A stretch of 64,000 nt of DNA from a bacterium (GCA_046497505.1 JAWOFN010000112.1:8834-72833), one strand, 5' to 3'. Shown: positions 28,535 to 37,413, counted from the first letter of the stretch. Program-made: numbers and translations. The notes: a model not told the origin generated them from the sequence alone.

Positions 28535-28788
28535 GCGGTGAAGAGATCACCTGCCGCGAACTGGTGAATCGTCTCTCGCTCTACATCGACGGCGAGCTGA
28601 GACCCCGCATGCTCCGCGAGGTGGAACGGCACCTGGAGCGATGCGGCGAATGCAGCCACTGTGCCGACGAGATCAGGGCCACCATCCGCCTCATCCACGA
28701 GCGGGCGTACGAACCCCTCCCCTCTTCCGAACGTGAGCGGATGCGGACCCGGCTCTGGAGGAGCCTGGCGCTCGGCACCGGGGAGTGA
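28531..28788 (+). CDS. ZAS-type anti-sigma factor (RsrA-like zinc finger)
   Basis: Cys8, His34, Cys38 and Cys41 have the same spacing as the RsrA ZAS motif (C-x25-H-x3-C-x2-C). The ATGA overlap with the sigma gene is typical of sigma/anti-sigma pairs. Confidence 0.7.
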   Translation: MSGEEITCRELVNRLSLYIDGELRPRMLREVERHLERCGECSHCADEIRATIRLIHERAYEPLPSSERERMRTRLWRSLALGTGE

Positions 28789-28874
28789 GACCCGGCTTGC
28801 CGTCGGAAAACACCTTTCTCCCCTGCCCGCGATCCGGAACCTTGTCCTGTAGAACCCTACCGGGAGGTAATCCT

Positions 28875-29441
28875 ATGTACCGATTTCTGTTCCGCACCGC
28901 ACTTCTGGTCAGCTTCCTCGCCGTCGCCGCATGCGGCGGGCAGCAGGGCGAGGAGACCGTGTTGAACCTGCCCACCGGTCCCGACCGGGCCGTGGCCGTC
29001 CTCCACGCTCCGGACGGGTCCCCCCGGGGCACGGTGACCTTCACCGACACCGAGGAGGGGGTGAGGGTCGTCGCCGACGTCCGCGGGCTGGAACCGGGCG
29101 CCCACGGGTTCCATCTCCACGAGTACGGCGACTGTACCGCCTCTGACTTCACCTCCGCCGGAGGTCACTTCAATCCCACCGGAGCCCCGCACGGCGGCCC
29201 GGACGACCCGCAGCACCACGCCGGGGATTTCGGGAACATCATGGTGGGCGAGGAGGGCACCGGTCACGCGAAGCTGGTCTCCCAGATGATCAGCCTCGAC
29301 CCTGGACCCGCTTCCATCCTGGGCAGGGCCGTCATCATCCACGAGGGTGAGGACGACCTGGAGAGTCAGCCCACCGGTTCCGCCGGCGGACGCGCCGCCT
29401 GCGGGGTGGTGGGAAGAGCTCCCGCCCCGGAAGAGATGTAG
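28875..29441 (+). CDS. sodC: Cu/Zn superoxide dismutase, periplasmic
   Basis: Signal/lipoprotein N-terminus (LVSFLAVAACGG). HGFHLHEYGDC, GGHFNP, HAGDFGN and the C-terminal GGRAACGVVG Cu/Zn SOD blocks. GGGAGG RBS. Confidence 0.85.
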   Translation: MYRFLFRTALLVSFLAVAACGGQQGEETVLNLPTGPDRAVAVLHAPDGSPRGTVTFTDTEEGVRVVADVRGLEPGAHGFHLHEYGDCTASDFTSAGGHFNPTGAPHGGPDDPQHHAGDFGNIMVGEEGTGHAKLVSQMISLDPGPASILGRAVIIHEGEDDLESQPTGSAGGRAACGVVGRAPAPEEM

Positions 29442-29449
29442 ACACCTCT

Positions 29450-29472
29450 CCGGACCCCTCGAAGGGGGCCGG
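29450..29472. terminator. GC-rich hairpin 9 nt after the sodC stop (possible bidirectional terminator between convergent genes)
   Basis: CCGGACCCCT-cga-AGGGGGCCGG forms a 9-bp stem with one mismatch. No U-tract follows. Confidence 0.25.
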
Positions 29473-29771
29473 GACCTCCCTCAGGCCCTCTGCGAGGGGT
29501 CTATAATCTCAAGGAGCGAGGCGTCCACCTCCACCTCCGAGGAGAGGAGGTTCTGGGCGTCCGTCTTCCCCTGCGGGTCGAGGAGCAGGGAGAGGGTCCC
29601 CCGCCGCTCAGGGCGTCGTGGAGGACGAAGTTCAGGGCCATCAGGTTGGGGAGTTCGTACCGGCCGATCTCACCCCGGCACAGCCTCCTCGGGGATCCTT
29701 CCGCATGTCCCGAAGCAACGGCTTTCCACCACCGGGGATGGACCCGGACAGCCTGGAGGTGCTGCGGGCCT

Positions 29772-30845
29772 TCAGGGCCGGTAGCCTGACTTCGCCAGGT
29801 CGAGCCACCTGCGGAGCCGCTCCCAGCCCGGCTCCAGGACCACGGCACGCCCCCGGATATCGGTCTCGCTGAGCCAGCTCACCATCATCCCGTGGTATTC
29901 CCCCCGCGCCCGAAAGGCCTGGAAGACGAACCGGTGTCGGCCGGCGATCCAGTCCCATCGTGGATCCCGGACGGTGATGTGCCCCTCGCTGTAGAGGCTG
30001 TCCTCCACATTCTGCACCTCCCCGGGGACCACCTTCACACTCCGATCCTTTCCTGCCAGCACCACCGGGAGACTCTCCAGCGCCGCCTGGAAGAACTCCC
30101 GCAGGGTACCGGTCCGATCGTCCTGCCTTCGGAGGAGCACCATCCCCACCGATTCGGTGTCCATCGACCAGAGGGCCCCATCCTCGCGGGTGACCTCCTC
30201 TCCCCATCTCCCCCACTGCCAGCTCTCGGGGATCCTCAAGCCCACGGAGAGTCGCGGTGCCCTGACGGCCCGGATATGGGCCGGGACCATCGGCGGTGCC
30301 GGCCGTATGGGCCCGTGACAGGCCGCTGATGCCGCCATCACCTCCAGATGGTCCATCCACCGCGGATCGGTCTCCAGGGAGCGGTCCAGGAGGGTCTCCG
30401 CCGCGAACGTCCTGCTGCTCCGGCCGCAGTACCAGAGCCGCACGGCCCGGATCGTCCCCCCCTCCTCCCGCTCCAGGGCCCAGAGCGTGTGACCCCGGTG
30501 GGTCTCATCCGAAGGGACCGCTTCCGACGGTCCCCATCCCCTGCCCGTCAGCCGGGAAGCCCGATCGGCGGCATCGGCTGCAGTGGCTGGAGCTCCCTCA
30601 CCCACCCGTGCAGACCAGTGGAGGAGCAGCCAGCTGCGCTGTCTGAACTGGTAGAGGATCAGGCGGGCCGTCTCCGGACCGCCGACGTCCGAGACCCGGG
30701 TCCAGCTCCCCAGGGGCTTCTGGAGGAAGCTCATGTCCACCTCGGCCCTCCCTCCGGGCTGCGCCCCGGCGGGAGCAGGAGCCCCCGGGAGTCCGCTGAG
30801 GAGCAGGAGGGCACAGAACCAGGGCAGGGAGAGCGGAGGGAGCAT
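29772..30845 (-). CDS. hypothetical secreted protein (358 aa)
   Basis: ORF 29772..31217 trimmed to ATG 30845, which gives a classic signal peptide (MLPPLSLPWFCALLLLSGLPGAPAPAGAQ). No family recognised. Confidence 0.5.
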   Translation of the reverse strand: MLPPLSLPWFCALLLLSGLPGAPAPAGAQPGGRAEVDMSFLQKPLGSWTRVSDVGGPETARLILYQFRQRSWLLLHWSARVGEGAPATAADAADRASRLTGRGWGPSEAVPSDETHRGHTLWALEREEGGTIRAVRLWYCGRSSRTFAAETLLDRSLETDPRWMDHLEVMAASAACHGPIRPAPPMVPAHIRAVRAPRLSVGLRIPESWQWGRWGEEVTREDGALWSMDTESVGMVLLRRQDDRTGTLREFFQAALESLPVVLAGKDRSVKVVPGEVQNVEDSLYSEGHITVRDPRWDWIAGRHRFVFQAFRARGEYHGMMVSWLSETDIRGRAVVLEPGWERLRRWLDLAKSGYRP

Positions 30846-31023
30846 GACCGGACCTCCGGGAGGGTGGAAGGGGACCGAACCGCCGGATGTGCGGCGTTGA
30901 CACCCCGTGACGGGGCAGGGTACGGTGCGGATGGGGGTCGGACAGCCCCTCTGACCCCGTGAACCGGACTCCGGCCGCACTGACGTCTTATTACAGCAAC
31001 CCTGCGACAGGGGATCTCCTGGT

Positions 31024-31905
31024 ATGATCGAGCGGGACCGTTCGCGGACTCCGGGTCCCTCCCGACTCCTCACCAGCGCTCTCGCGGGAGCAGCCGCGGG
31101 TACGGCGGTGGGGCTGGGTGCATGGTGGGCCCTGGACCAGCTCATCCTGGCCGCCTCGGGTACCGGGGCCCCGGCAGGACTGGCCCTCGCCCTGGCCTCT
31201 CTGGGGGGCAGCATCACCGCCCTGCTCCTGGCCTACCGGCTCCTCATGCGGCGCGCTTCGGAGAGTGACCTGCTCCGGCTGGTGGTGGAGTCCACCGCCG
31301 CGGGGGTCTGGATCGTGGATCGGGAATTCGACTCGGTCTGGCTCAACGACAGCATGCGCCGGCTCCTGGGCGAGGAGCCGACCAGCGGCAGCACCGTCTT
31401 CGACTACTTCGGTGAAGAGGACCGCCGAAAACTGGAAGAGGCCCGGCAAGAGCGCCGGCGGGGAATATCCAGTGCCTATCAGGCCACGGTCCGCCGCCCG
31501 GACGGTACGGAACGGGTCGTCTACATCATCGGGACCCCCATATACGGCCCCGACGGCCGACACCTCGGTTCCTTCGGGTTCTTCATGGACATCACCGACC
31601 AGCAGAAGGCCGCCGAGGAAGCCGCCGAGGAGGCCCGTGTCGAGACCCTCATGGCCACCGTGGCCCGTCTCAACCACAAGATCAACAACGCCCTGATGGT
31701 GATACGCGGGCAGGCGGAGGTCAGCATACGGAAGGTGGAAGAGGAGGGTCCCGTGCACGCGTTCCAGCGGGTGATCGACCAGGTGGACCTGATCACCGGC
31801 GAGCTCAAGTCCCTCAGCGAACTCAGGGAGGTCCAGCTGGAGGACTATCTGGGCTCCCGTCCCATCCTGAGCGTTCCGGAACCGGGGACCACCCCGGAGG
31901 AGTGA
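31024..31905 (+). CDS. membrane-anchored PAS domain protein with a HisKA-like H-box but no ATPase domain
   Basis: Two N-terminal TM segments. A PAS-like core (VWIVDREFDSVWLNDSMRRLLG...GTPIYGPDGRHLGSFGFFMDITD). Then ARLNHKINNAL (H-box-like). The protein ends about 60 aa later without N/G boxes. Confidence 0.6.
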   Translation: MIERDRSRTPGPSRLLTSALAGAAAGTAVGLGAWWALDQLILAASGTGAPAGLALALASLGGSITALLLAYRLLMRRASESDLLRLVVESTAAGVWIVDREFDSVWLNDSMRRLLGEEPTSGSTVFDYFGEEDRRKLEEARQERRRGISSAYQATVRRPDGTERVVYIIGTPIYGPDGRHLGSFGFFMDITDQQKAAEEAAEEARVETLMATVARLNHKINNALMVIRGQAEVSIRKVEEEGPVHAFQRVIDQVDLITGELKSLSELREVQLEDYLGSRPILSVPEPGTTPEE

Positions 31906-31956
31906 GGAGCTGGATCCCTTTCGCTCCCGGCTGCTCATACCTATATTTCCTGAATC

Positions 31957-32982
31957 ATGCCTATACCGGTCCGTCCCCGTACGTCCTCATACTGCAGGGT
32001 CATCCTGCTCCTCCTGCCACTGGCCCTCACCGCTGCTCTTCCCGGGTGCACCCGGACGCCGCAGCAGCTGGAGGCCCGGGGAGACGAACTCCTCTCCGAG
32101 GGCCGCTTCGGACAGGCGATGGCCGCCTACAAGAAAGCCGTCGAACTATCCCCGGAGGACCTCGGACTGAAGCTGAAAGTGGCCGGGGCCTACCGTGACC
32201 GGGGCCTCCGGTCGGAGGCCATCGAACGATACGAGACCATCCTGGAAGAGCACCCAGAGAGCCTGGAAGCCCGGCGCGAGCTGGCTCTGCTCCTGGCGGC
32301 AGAGGGTCTCCGCACCCGGGCGATGGAACAGATCGGGATCCTGAAGGATCGGATGCCCGGGTCCCCCGTCCCCTGGAAGCTCGAAGCCCGGATGGCCCAG
32401 CAGGACGAGGACTGGCGGGATGCCGTCACCCACTGGCGACAGGCCCTCCGCCGGGACGACCAGGACGCGGAGGCCTATCACATGATGGGCCGGGCCCACA
32501 TGGAGCTGGGGGACTACCCTTCTGCCCTGGCCGCACTGCAGCAGGCCGTCCGGGTCGAGGAGGGATACGACGACGCCTATTTCGAACTGGGTCTGACCCT
32601 CATCGAGCTGAACCGGATCGACCGGGCCGAAGAGGCCTACCGCAACTACATCGACACCCATCCCCGCGACGCACAGGCCTACTACAAGCTGGGCAACGCA
32701 CTGCTCAGCAAGGGATATGCCGAGCAGGCCGTCGAGCAGTACCGGAGGGCCGTGGCCATCCGTCCCGGATACGCCGACGCACACTTCAACCTCGGCATGG
32801 CGCTGCTCCAGCAGGACCGGGAAGAAGAGGCCGCCAAGGCCTTCGAAGCGGTGCTCATCCACGCTGCCCGCGACGCGGTGAAAGACAACGCGCGGAGCAT
32901 GCTGAGGGTCATCCGGCAGGGCGGCCGAGAGGTCCCCGAAGACGGGGTGAATCGGCTTGACCCCCTCTTGAGCCGAACGTAG
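31957..32982 (+). CDS. TPR repeat lipoprotein
   Basis: Lipobox-like LALTAALPGCTR. At least 7 TPR-like repeats (AYKKAVELSP, AYHMMGRAHMELGDY, AYYKLGNALLSKGY, AHFNLGMALLQ). Confidence 0.7.
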   Translation: MPIPVRPRTSSYCRVILLLLPLALTAALPGCTRTPQQLEARGDELLSEGRFGQAMAAYKKAVELSPEDLGLKLKVAGAYRDRGLRSEAIERYETILEEHPESLEARRELALLLAAEGLRTRAMEQIGILKDRMPGSPVPWKLEARMAQQDEDWRDAVTHWRQALRRDDQDAEAYHMMGRAHMELGDYPSALAALQQAVRVEEGYDDAYFELGLTLIELNRIDRAEEAYRNYIDTHPRDAQAYYKLGNALLSKGYAEQAVEQYRRAVAIRPGYADAHFNLGMALLQQDREEEAAKAFEAVLIHAARDAVKDNARSMLRVIRQGGREVPEDGVNRLDPLLSRT

Positions 32983-33038
32983 GTTGCCCGCAGTCTAGGA
33001 GTCCCCGCCCGGGGGATTCCCGACGCGCCGTACCGACG

Positions 33039-33054
33039 CCCCCCTGCAGGGGGG
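33039..33054. terminator. perfect 16-bp GC palindrome CCCCCCTGCAGGGGGG between the TPR gene and the Lon-like gene
   Basis: Read directly. Potential stem-loop or attenuator 57 nt after the TPR stop and 45 nt before the Lon-like start. Confidence 0.3.
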
Positions 33055-33098
33055 TCGGCGGCTTCCTCCTCGCCATCGAAGGCTGCAAGGAGCGACGC

Positions 33099-35528
33099 AT
33101 GCCCGAAGTGCCGGTCGCCCTCTCCTCCGACCGACTCTACGCACGCTGCGACCCCTCCGACCTGCCTGCGGAGTCCACCGCGAACATCCCCCCCGATGTG
33201 GGGATCATCGGTCAGCCCCGGGCCGCCGACGCCATCGAGTTCGCACTGGGGGTCGATGCTGAGGGCTACAACCTCTACGTGGCCGGTCAGACCGGCACCG
33301 GACGGAACACCAGCGTCCGGATCGCGGTCAAGGACGCCGCAGTCGACCGACCCGTACCCGACGACTGGTGCTACGTACACAACTTCGAACAGGAGGACCG
33401 ACCTCGCGCCATCCGTCTGCCTGCCGGACAGGCCTGCCAGCTGCAGGAGGACATGGAGGCCCTGATCGAAGAGCTGAAGGCCGAGATCCCGAAGGCCTTC
33501 GAGGGACGCGCCTACGAAGAACGAAGGGCACGGCTCCTCAAGGACCTCCAGGAACGGAGGGACAGCCTCCTGGAGGAGTTCAAGGAGGAGGCGGAGGAAC
33601 GGGGCTTCACCGTCGAGCAGTCCGGAGGGGGGCTCCTCACCCTCCCGATGAAGGACGGCAGGCCCATGTCCAGCCAGGACTGGGAGGAACTCAGCGAGGA
33701 GGAGAAGACGGACCTGGAGGAGCGGCAGGAGGACCTCCAGCAGGTGATGCGCGAGATCACCCGCCGGGTACGGGAGATGGAGAAGGAGGCCCGCAGCCGC
33801 CTCTCCGACCTGGAACGTGAGATCGCCATGCTGCCCGTCTCGGCGGCCGTCGACGAGCTCAAGGAGAAATACGCGGACCAGGAAGTGGTCCTGGAGTACC
33901 TGGAGGCCGTCAAGGAGGAGATCCTCGAGAACCTGGACGATTTCAAGGAGGACAACGACCAGCAGGTGGCCATCCCCGGCCTGCGCATGAGCCGGGGCGG
34001 CGACAGGTTCGTCCGTTACCAGGTGAACGTCCTGGTAGACAACAGCGGCACCGAGGGCGCTCCGGTCGTCTTCGAGACCAACCCCACCTACTACAACCTC
34101 ATCGGCCGCCAGGAGTACCGTGCTCAGATGGGGGCCATGACCACCGACTTCACCATGATCAAGGCAGGTGCCCTGCACCGGGCGAACGGCGGCTATCTGG
34201 TGGTCCAGGCACTGGATGTGCTCCGCAACCCGATGTCGTGGGAGGCCCTCAAGCGGGCCGTCAAGAACAGGGAGATCGTCCTCGAGGACCTGAACGAGCA
34301 GTACCGCCTTATCCAGACCCAGGGGCTCAAGCCCCAGCCCGTCCCGCTGGATACCAAGGTCATCCTGGTGGGATCCCCCTATCTCTACCATCTCCTCTAC
34401 GCCTACGACGAGGATTTCAGGAAGATCTTCAAGGTGAAGGCCGACTTCGGACTCCTGATGGACCGGGAGGGGGATGCGATCGCCACGTACGCCGGCTTCA
34501 TCAGCAGCAGGGTCCACGAGGAGGGGCTGAAGCACTTCGACCGGTCGGCCATGGCCCGCGTGATCGAACACGGCCACCGCATGGTGTCGGATCAGACAAG
34601 GCTCTCCACCCGCTTCATCGACGTGGCGGATCTGCTGAGGGAAGCGGACTACTGGTCGCGGAAGGCGGGTGCGAGCAGGGTATCGGCCAAGCACGTGGAC
34701 CGGGCCATCGACGAGAAGGTCCACCGCTCCAACAGGATCGAGGAGCGCCTCCGCGACCTCATCGCGGAAGGCACCATCCTGGTGGACACCGAGGACGCGG
34801 TGGAAGGGCAGATCAACGGGCTGGCCGTTCTCGACCTCGGGGATTATCAGTTCGGGAAACCGAGCCGGCTCACCGCCCGTGTCTACATGGGCCGGTCGGG
34901 GATCATCCAGATCGACCGGGATTCGAAACTCGCGGGCAATATCCACAACAAGGGTGTGATGATCCTCCAGGGTTTCTTCGGGGAACGCTATGCCAGGAAC
35001 GCCCCCATCGCGCTCTCAGCGAGCCTGACATTCGAACAGTTGTACGACGGCGTGGAAGGCGACTCCGCCTCTTCCACCGAGCTGTACGTCCTGCTCTCCG
35101 CCCTGGCACGCGTCCCCCTCCGCCAGGACCTGGGGGTGACGGGGTCGGTGAACCAGCGGGGAGAGATCCAGGCCATCGGCGGAGTGAACGAGAAGGTGGA
35201 GGGTTGGTATCACACCTGCAAGATCGTGGGACTGAGCGGGAAGCAGGGTGTGCTGATCCCGGAATCCAACGTGCATAACCTCATGCTCAAACAAGAGATC
35301 CGGGACGCCGTGGATGAGGGGACGTTCCACATCTATCCCATCAAGCACGTCGACCAGGGGATCGAACTCTTGACGGGCATCCCGGCGGGCGAACTGGATG
35401 AAGAGGGGTCCTACCCCGTCGGAACCATCAACTACCGAGTGCAGAAGAAGCTGGAAAACCTGGCCGAAGGACTCCGGAAGTCCTCGCCCGGGTCGGACGA
35501 CAGCTTCGGCCTGCGCTCCAGCACCTGA
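33099..35528 (+). CDS. Lon-like protease with degenerate AAA+ module and coiled-coil insertion (LonC-type, probably ATP-independent)
   Basis: C-terminal Lon S16 protease domain (GDSASSTELYVLLSAL... with catalytic Ser, GVNEKVEGWYHTCK). The N-terminal AAA-like region has the degenerate Walker A GQTGTGRNTS, with no Lys. A long charged helical insertion (EERRARLLKDLQERRDSLLEE...EKEARSRLSDLEREIA) is present. AAGGAG RBS. Confidence 0.7.
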   Translation: MPEVPVALSSDRLYARCDPSDLPAESTANIPPDVGIIGQPRAADAIEFALGVDAEGYNLYVAGQTGTGRNTSVRIAVKDAAVDRPVPDDWCYVHNFEQEDRPRAIRLPAGQACQLQEDMEALIEELKAEIPKAFEGRAYEERRARLLKDLQERRDSLLEEFKEEAEERGFTVEQSGGGLLTLPMKDGRPMSSQDWEELSEEEKTDLEERQEDLQQVMREITRRVREMEKEARSRLSDLEREIAMLPVSAAVDELKEKYADQEVVLEYLEAVKEEILENLDDFKEDNDQQVAIPGLRMSRGGDRFVRYQVNVLVDNSGTEGAPVVFETNPTYYNLIGRQEYRAQMGAMTTDFTMIKAGALHRANGGYLVVQALDVLRNPMSWEALKRAVKNREIVLEDLNEQYRLIQTQGLKPQPVPLDTKVILVGSPYLYHLLYAYDEDFRKIFKVKADFGLLMDREGDAIATYAGFISSRVHEEGLKHFDRSAMARVIEHGHRMVSDQTRLSTRFIDVADLLREADYWSRKAGASRVSAKHVDRAIDEKVHRSNRIEERLRDLIAEGTILVDTEDAVEGQINGLAVLDLGDYQFGKPSRLTARVYMGRSGIIQIDRDSKLAGNIHNKGVMILQGFFGERYARNAPIALSASLTFEQLYDGVEGDSASSTELYVLLSALARVPLRQDLGVTGSVNQRGEIQAIGGVNEKVEGWYHTCKIVGLSGKQGVLIPESNVHNLMLKQEIRDAVDEGTFHIYPIKHVDQGIELLTGIPAGELDEEGSYPVGTINYRVQKKLENLAEGLRKSSPGSDDSFGLRSST

Positions 35529-35552
35529 GCTGATATCACAAGGAGCGGTAAG

Positions 35553-36608
35553 ATGGACTACTTCCGCGAGATCGCGAAGCGGAACCACCGGCAGGTGCTC
35601 TTCGGGAACGACCCGGAGTCCGGCCTCCAGACGATCATCGCCATCCACGACCTGACCCTGGGGCCCGCCCTCGGCGGGTGCCGGATGAAGACCTACCTCA
35701 GCACCTATGAGGCACTGGTCGACGCACTCCGGCTCTCCCGGGGGATGACCTACAAAGCCGCAGCCGCGGGTCTCGACCTGGGCGGCGGGAAATCCGTGAT
35801 CATCGGTGACCCCGAGACGCAGAAGTCGGAGGACCTCCTGAGGGCCTTCGGCAGGATGGTGGACGGACTCAACGGGCAGTACATCACCGCGGAGGACGTG
35901 GGCACCACGGTACCCGACATGACCATCGTCCGGGAGGAGACCGAGTACGTGACAGGACTCCCCGAGGACATGGGCGGGTCGGGCGATCCCAGCCCGGTCA
36001 CAGCCCTGGGGGTCTTCCACGGGCTCCGTGCCGCCACCGAGGAGGTCTATGGCAGCGACGACCTCGACGGCAAGAGCGTGGCGGTCCAGGGTCTGGGCAA
36101 GGTCGGCTGGCACCTGGCGGAGCACTTGGTCGAGGCCGGTGCCGAACTGATCGTGGCCGACATCCGTGAGGACGTCGTGGAGAAGGCCCGGGAGGAACTC
36201 GGTGCCGAGGTCATGGCCCCCGACCGCATCCACGCCGCGGAGTGCGATATCTTCAGCCCCTGTGCCCTGGGCGCGGTGATCAACAACCAGAGCATCGAGG
36301 AGCTGAAGTGCCGGATCGTGGCTGGTGCCGCCAACAACCAGCTGGCGGACGAGAAGGTCCAGGGGCCGATGCTGAAGCTCCGGGACATCCTCTACGCGCC
36401 GGACTTCGTCATCAACGCCGGCGGGCTGATCAACGTCTCGGGGGAACTCGACCCCGACGGCTACGACCGCGAGAAGCAGCTTGCCGCGACCAAGCGCATC
36501 TATGATTCGATGAAGGAGTGCTTCGCGCTGGCCAAGGAGCGGAACGTCCCCACCGCCGAGGCCGCCATGATCATGGCGGAGGAGCGTATCGAAGCGGCGA
36601 AGAGGTAG
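35553..36608 (+). CDS. leucine (Leu/Phe/Val) dehydrogenase, short Glu/Leu/Phe/Val dehydrogenase family
   Basis: GGCRM...K catalytic region (LGGGKSVI), Rossmann GLGKVGWHLAEHL, and a 351-aa length typical of LeuDH/PheDH. Confidence 0.8.
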   Translation: MDYFREIAKRNHRQVLFGNDPESGLQTIIAIHDLTLGPALGGCRMKTYLSTYEALVDALRLSRGMTYKAAAAGLDLGGGKSVIIGDPETQKSEDLLRAFGRMVDGLNGQYITAEDVGTTVPDMTIVREETEYVTGLPEDMGGSGDPSPVTALGVFHGLRAATEEVYGSDDLDGKSVAVQGLGKVGWHLAEHLVEAGAELIVADIREDVVEKAREELGAEVMAPDRIHAAECDIFSPCALGAVINNQSIEELKCRIVAGAANNQLADEKVQGPMLKLRDILYAPDFVINAGGLINVSGELDPDGYDREKQLAATKRIYDSMKECFALAKERNVPTAEAAMIMAEERIEAAKR

Positions 36609-36650
36609 GGGAGAGCTCCCTCCTCGAGCGGGGAGGGGATGTCACGCCCC

Positions 36651-36687
36651 GGAGAGGCCCGCCCGGCGGCGCCGGGCGGGCCTCTCC
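36651..36687. terminator. perfect 18-bp inverted repeat (GGAGAGGCCCGCCCGGCG-g-CGCCGGGCGGGCCTCTCC) between convergent leucine dehydrogenase and racemase genes
   Basis: Read directly. A 37-nt near-perfect palindrome in a 82-bp convergent spacer. Candidate bidirectional terminator. No U-tract. Confidence 0.4.
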
Positions 36688-36690
36688 ATG

Positions 36691-37413
36691 TCAGGAATAG
36701 GGCCCTTCTCGGAGCCGCGGGTAGGCTTCCCGGAGCGTCGCCTCCACCAGGATCTCGGTGGAATCGAAACGGCGCGTCCCCCCCTCCTCCCCCTCCGGTC
36801 CGAACAGCAGGGGGAGTTCCGTGCAGCCCAGGATGACCCCTTCGGCACCCCGGGCCTTCAGGTGCCCGACCACGGCCAGGATCTGTGCTCTCAGCCTGTC
36901 CGCTTCGCCCCCCCCATGTTCCTTGATCTCGTAGATCGCCTGGTGGATCGCCTCCTGGTCCTCTTCCGAGGGCTCGATCAGACCGATGTCCCCGGCGGCT
37001 CGGGCATAGACCCCGGTCCTGACCGTACCCGTGGTGGCCAGCAGGCCCACCTGTCCCAGACCCTCCTGCTCGATCCGGGCGAACACCTCCTCGATCATGT
37101 CGAGCATGGGGACGTGTATGCGCGGGATGAGGTCGTCGTAGAAGTAGTGAGCGGAGTTGCACGGCATGACCAGGAGTTCGGCACCCATCTCCTCGAGGAG
37201 CTGGGCAGAGGAGGCGATGGCTTCCAGGGCCTTCTCCGGTTCCCCCGCGAGGATCGACCCGGTCCGATCCGGTATCTTGGCGTTGCTGTCGATGATCACC
37301 CGGAGATGCTCCTGGTCCCTGCGGGCGGGGGTCCGGGTGATGAGCCGCATATAGAAGTAGGAGGTCGCCTCGGGACCCATCCCCCCTATCACACCGACGA
37401 CTTTCTCTGACAC
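36691..37413 (-). CDS. aspartate/glutamate racemase family protein
   Basis: VGVIGGMGPEAT N-terminal motif, and the two catalytic Cys regions (LVMPCNSAHYF and VILGCTELPLL). GTG start with an AGGGGAAG RBS. Confidence 0.8.
   Translation of the reverse strand: MSEKVVGVIGGMGPEATSYFYMRLITRTPARRDQEHLRVIIDSNAKIPDRTGSILAGEPEKALEAIASSAQLLEEMGAELLVMPCNSAHYFYDDLIPRIHVPMLDMIEEVFARIEQEGLGQVGLLATTGTVRTGVYARAAGDIGLIEPSEEDQEAIHQAIYEIKEHGGGEADRLRAQILAVVGHLKARGAEGVILGCTELPLLFGPEGEEGGTRRFDSTEILVEATLREAYPRLREGPYS

Noticed and set aside
33099-35528. Lon-like protease as BrxL of a BREX phage-defense system
   Set aside because: No BrxA/B/C, PglX methyltransferase, PglZ or other defense genes flank it. The neighbours are a TPR lipoprotein and leucine dehydrogenase. 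The degenerate Walker A and coiled-coil insert fit LonC rather than BrxL.
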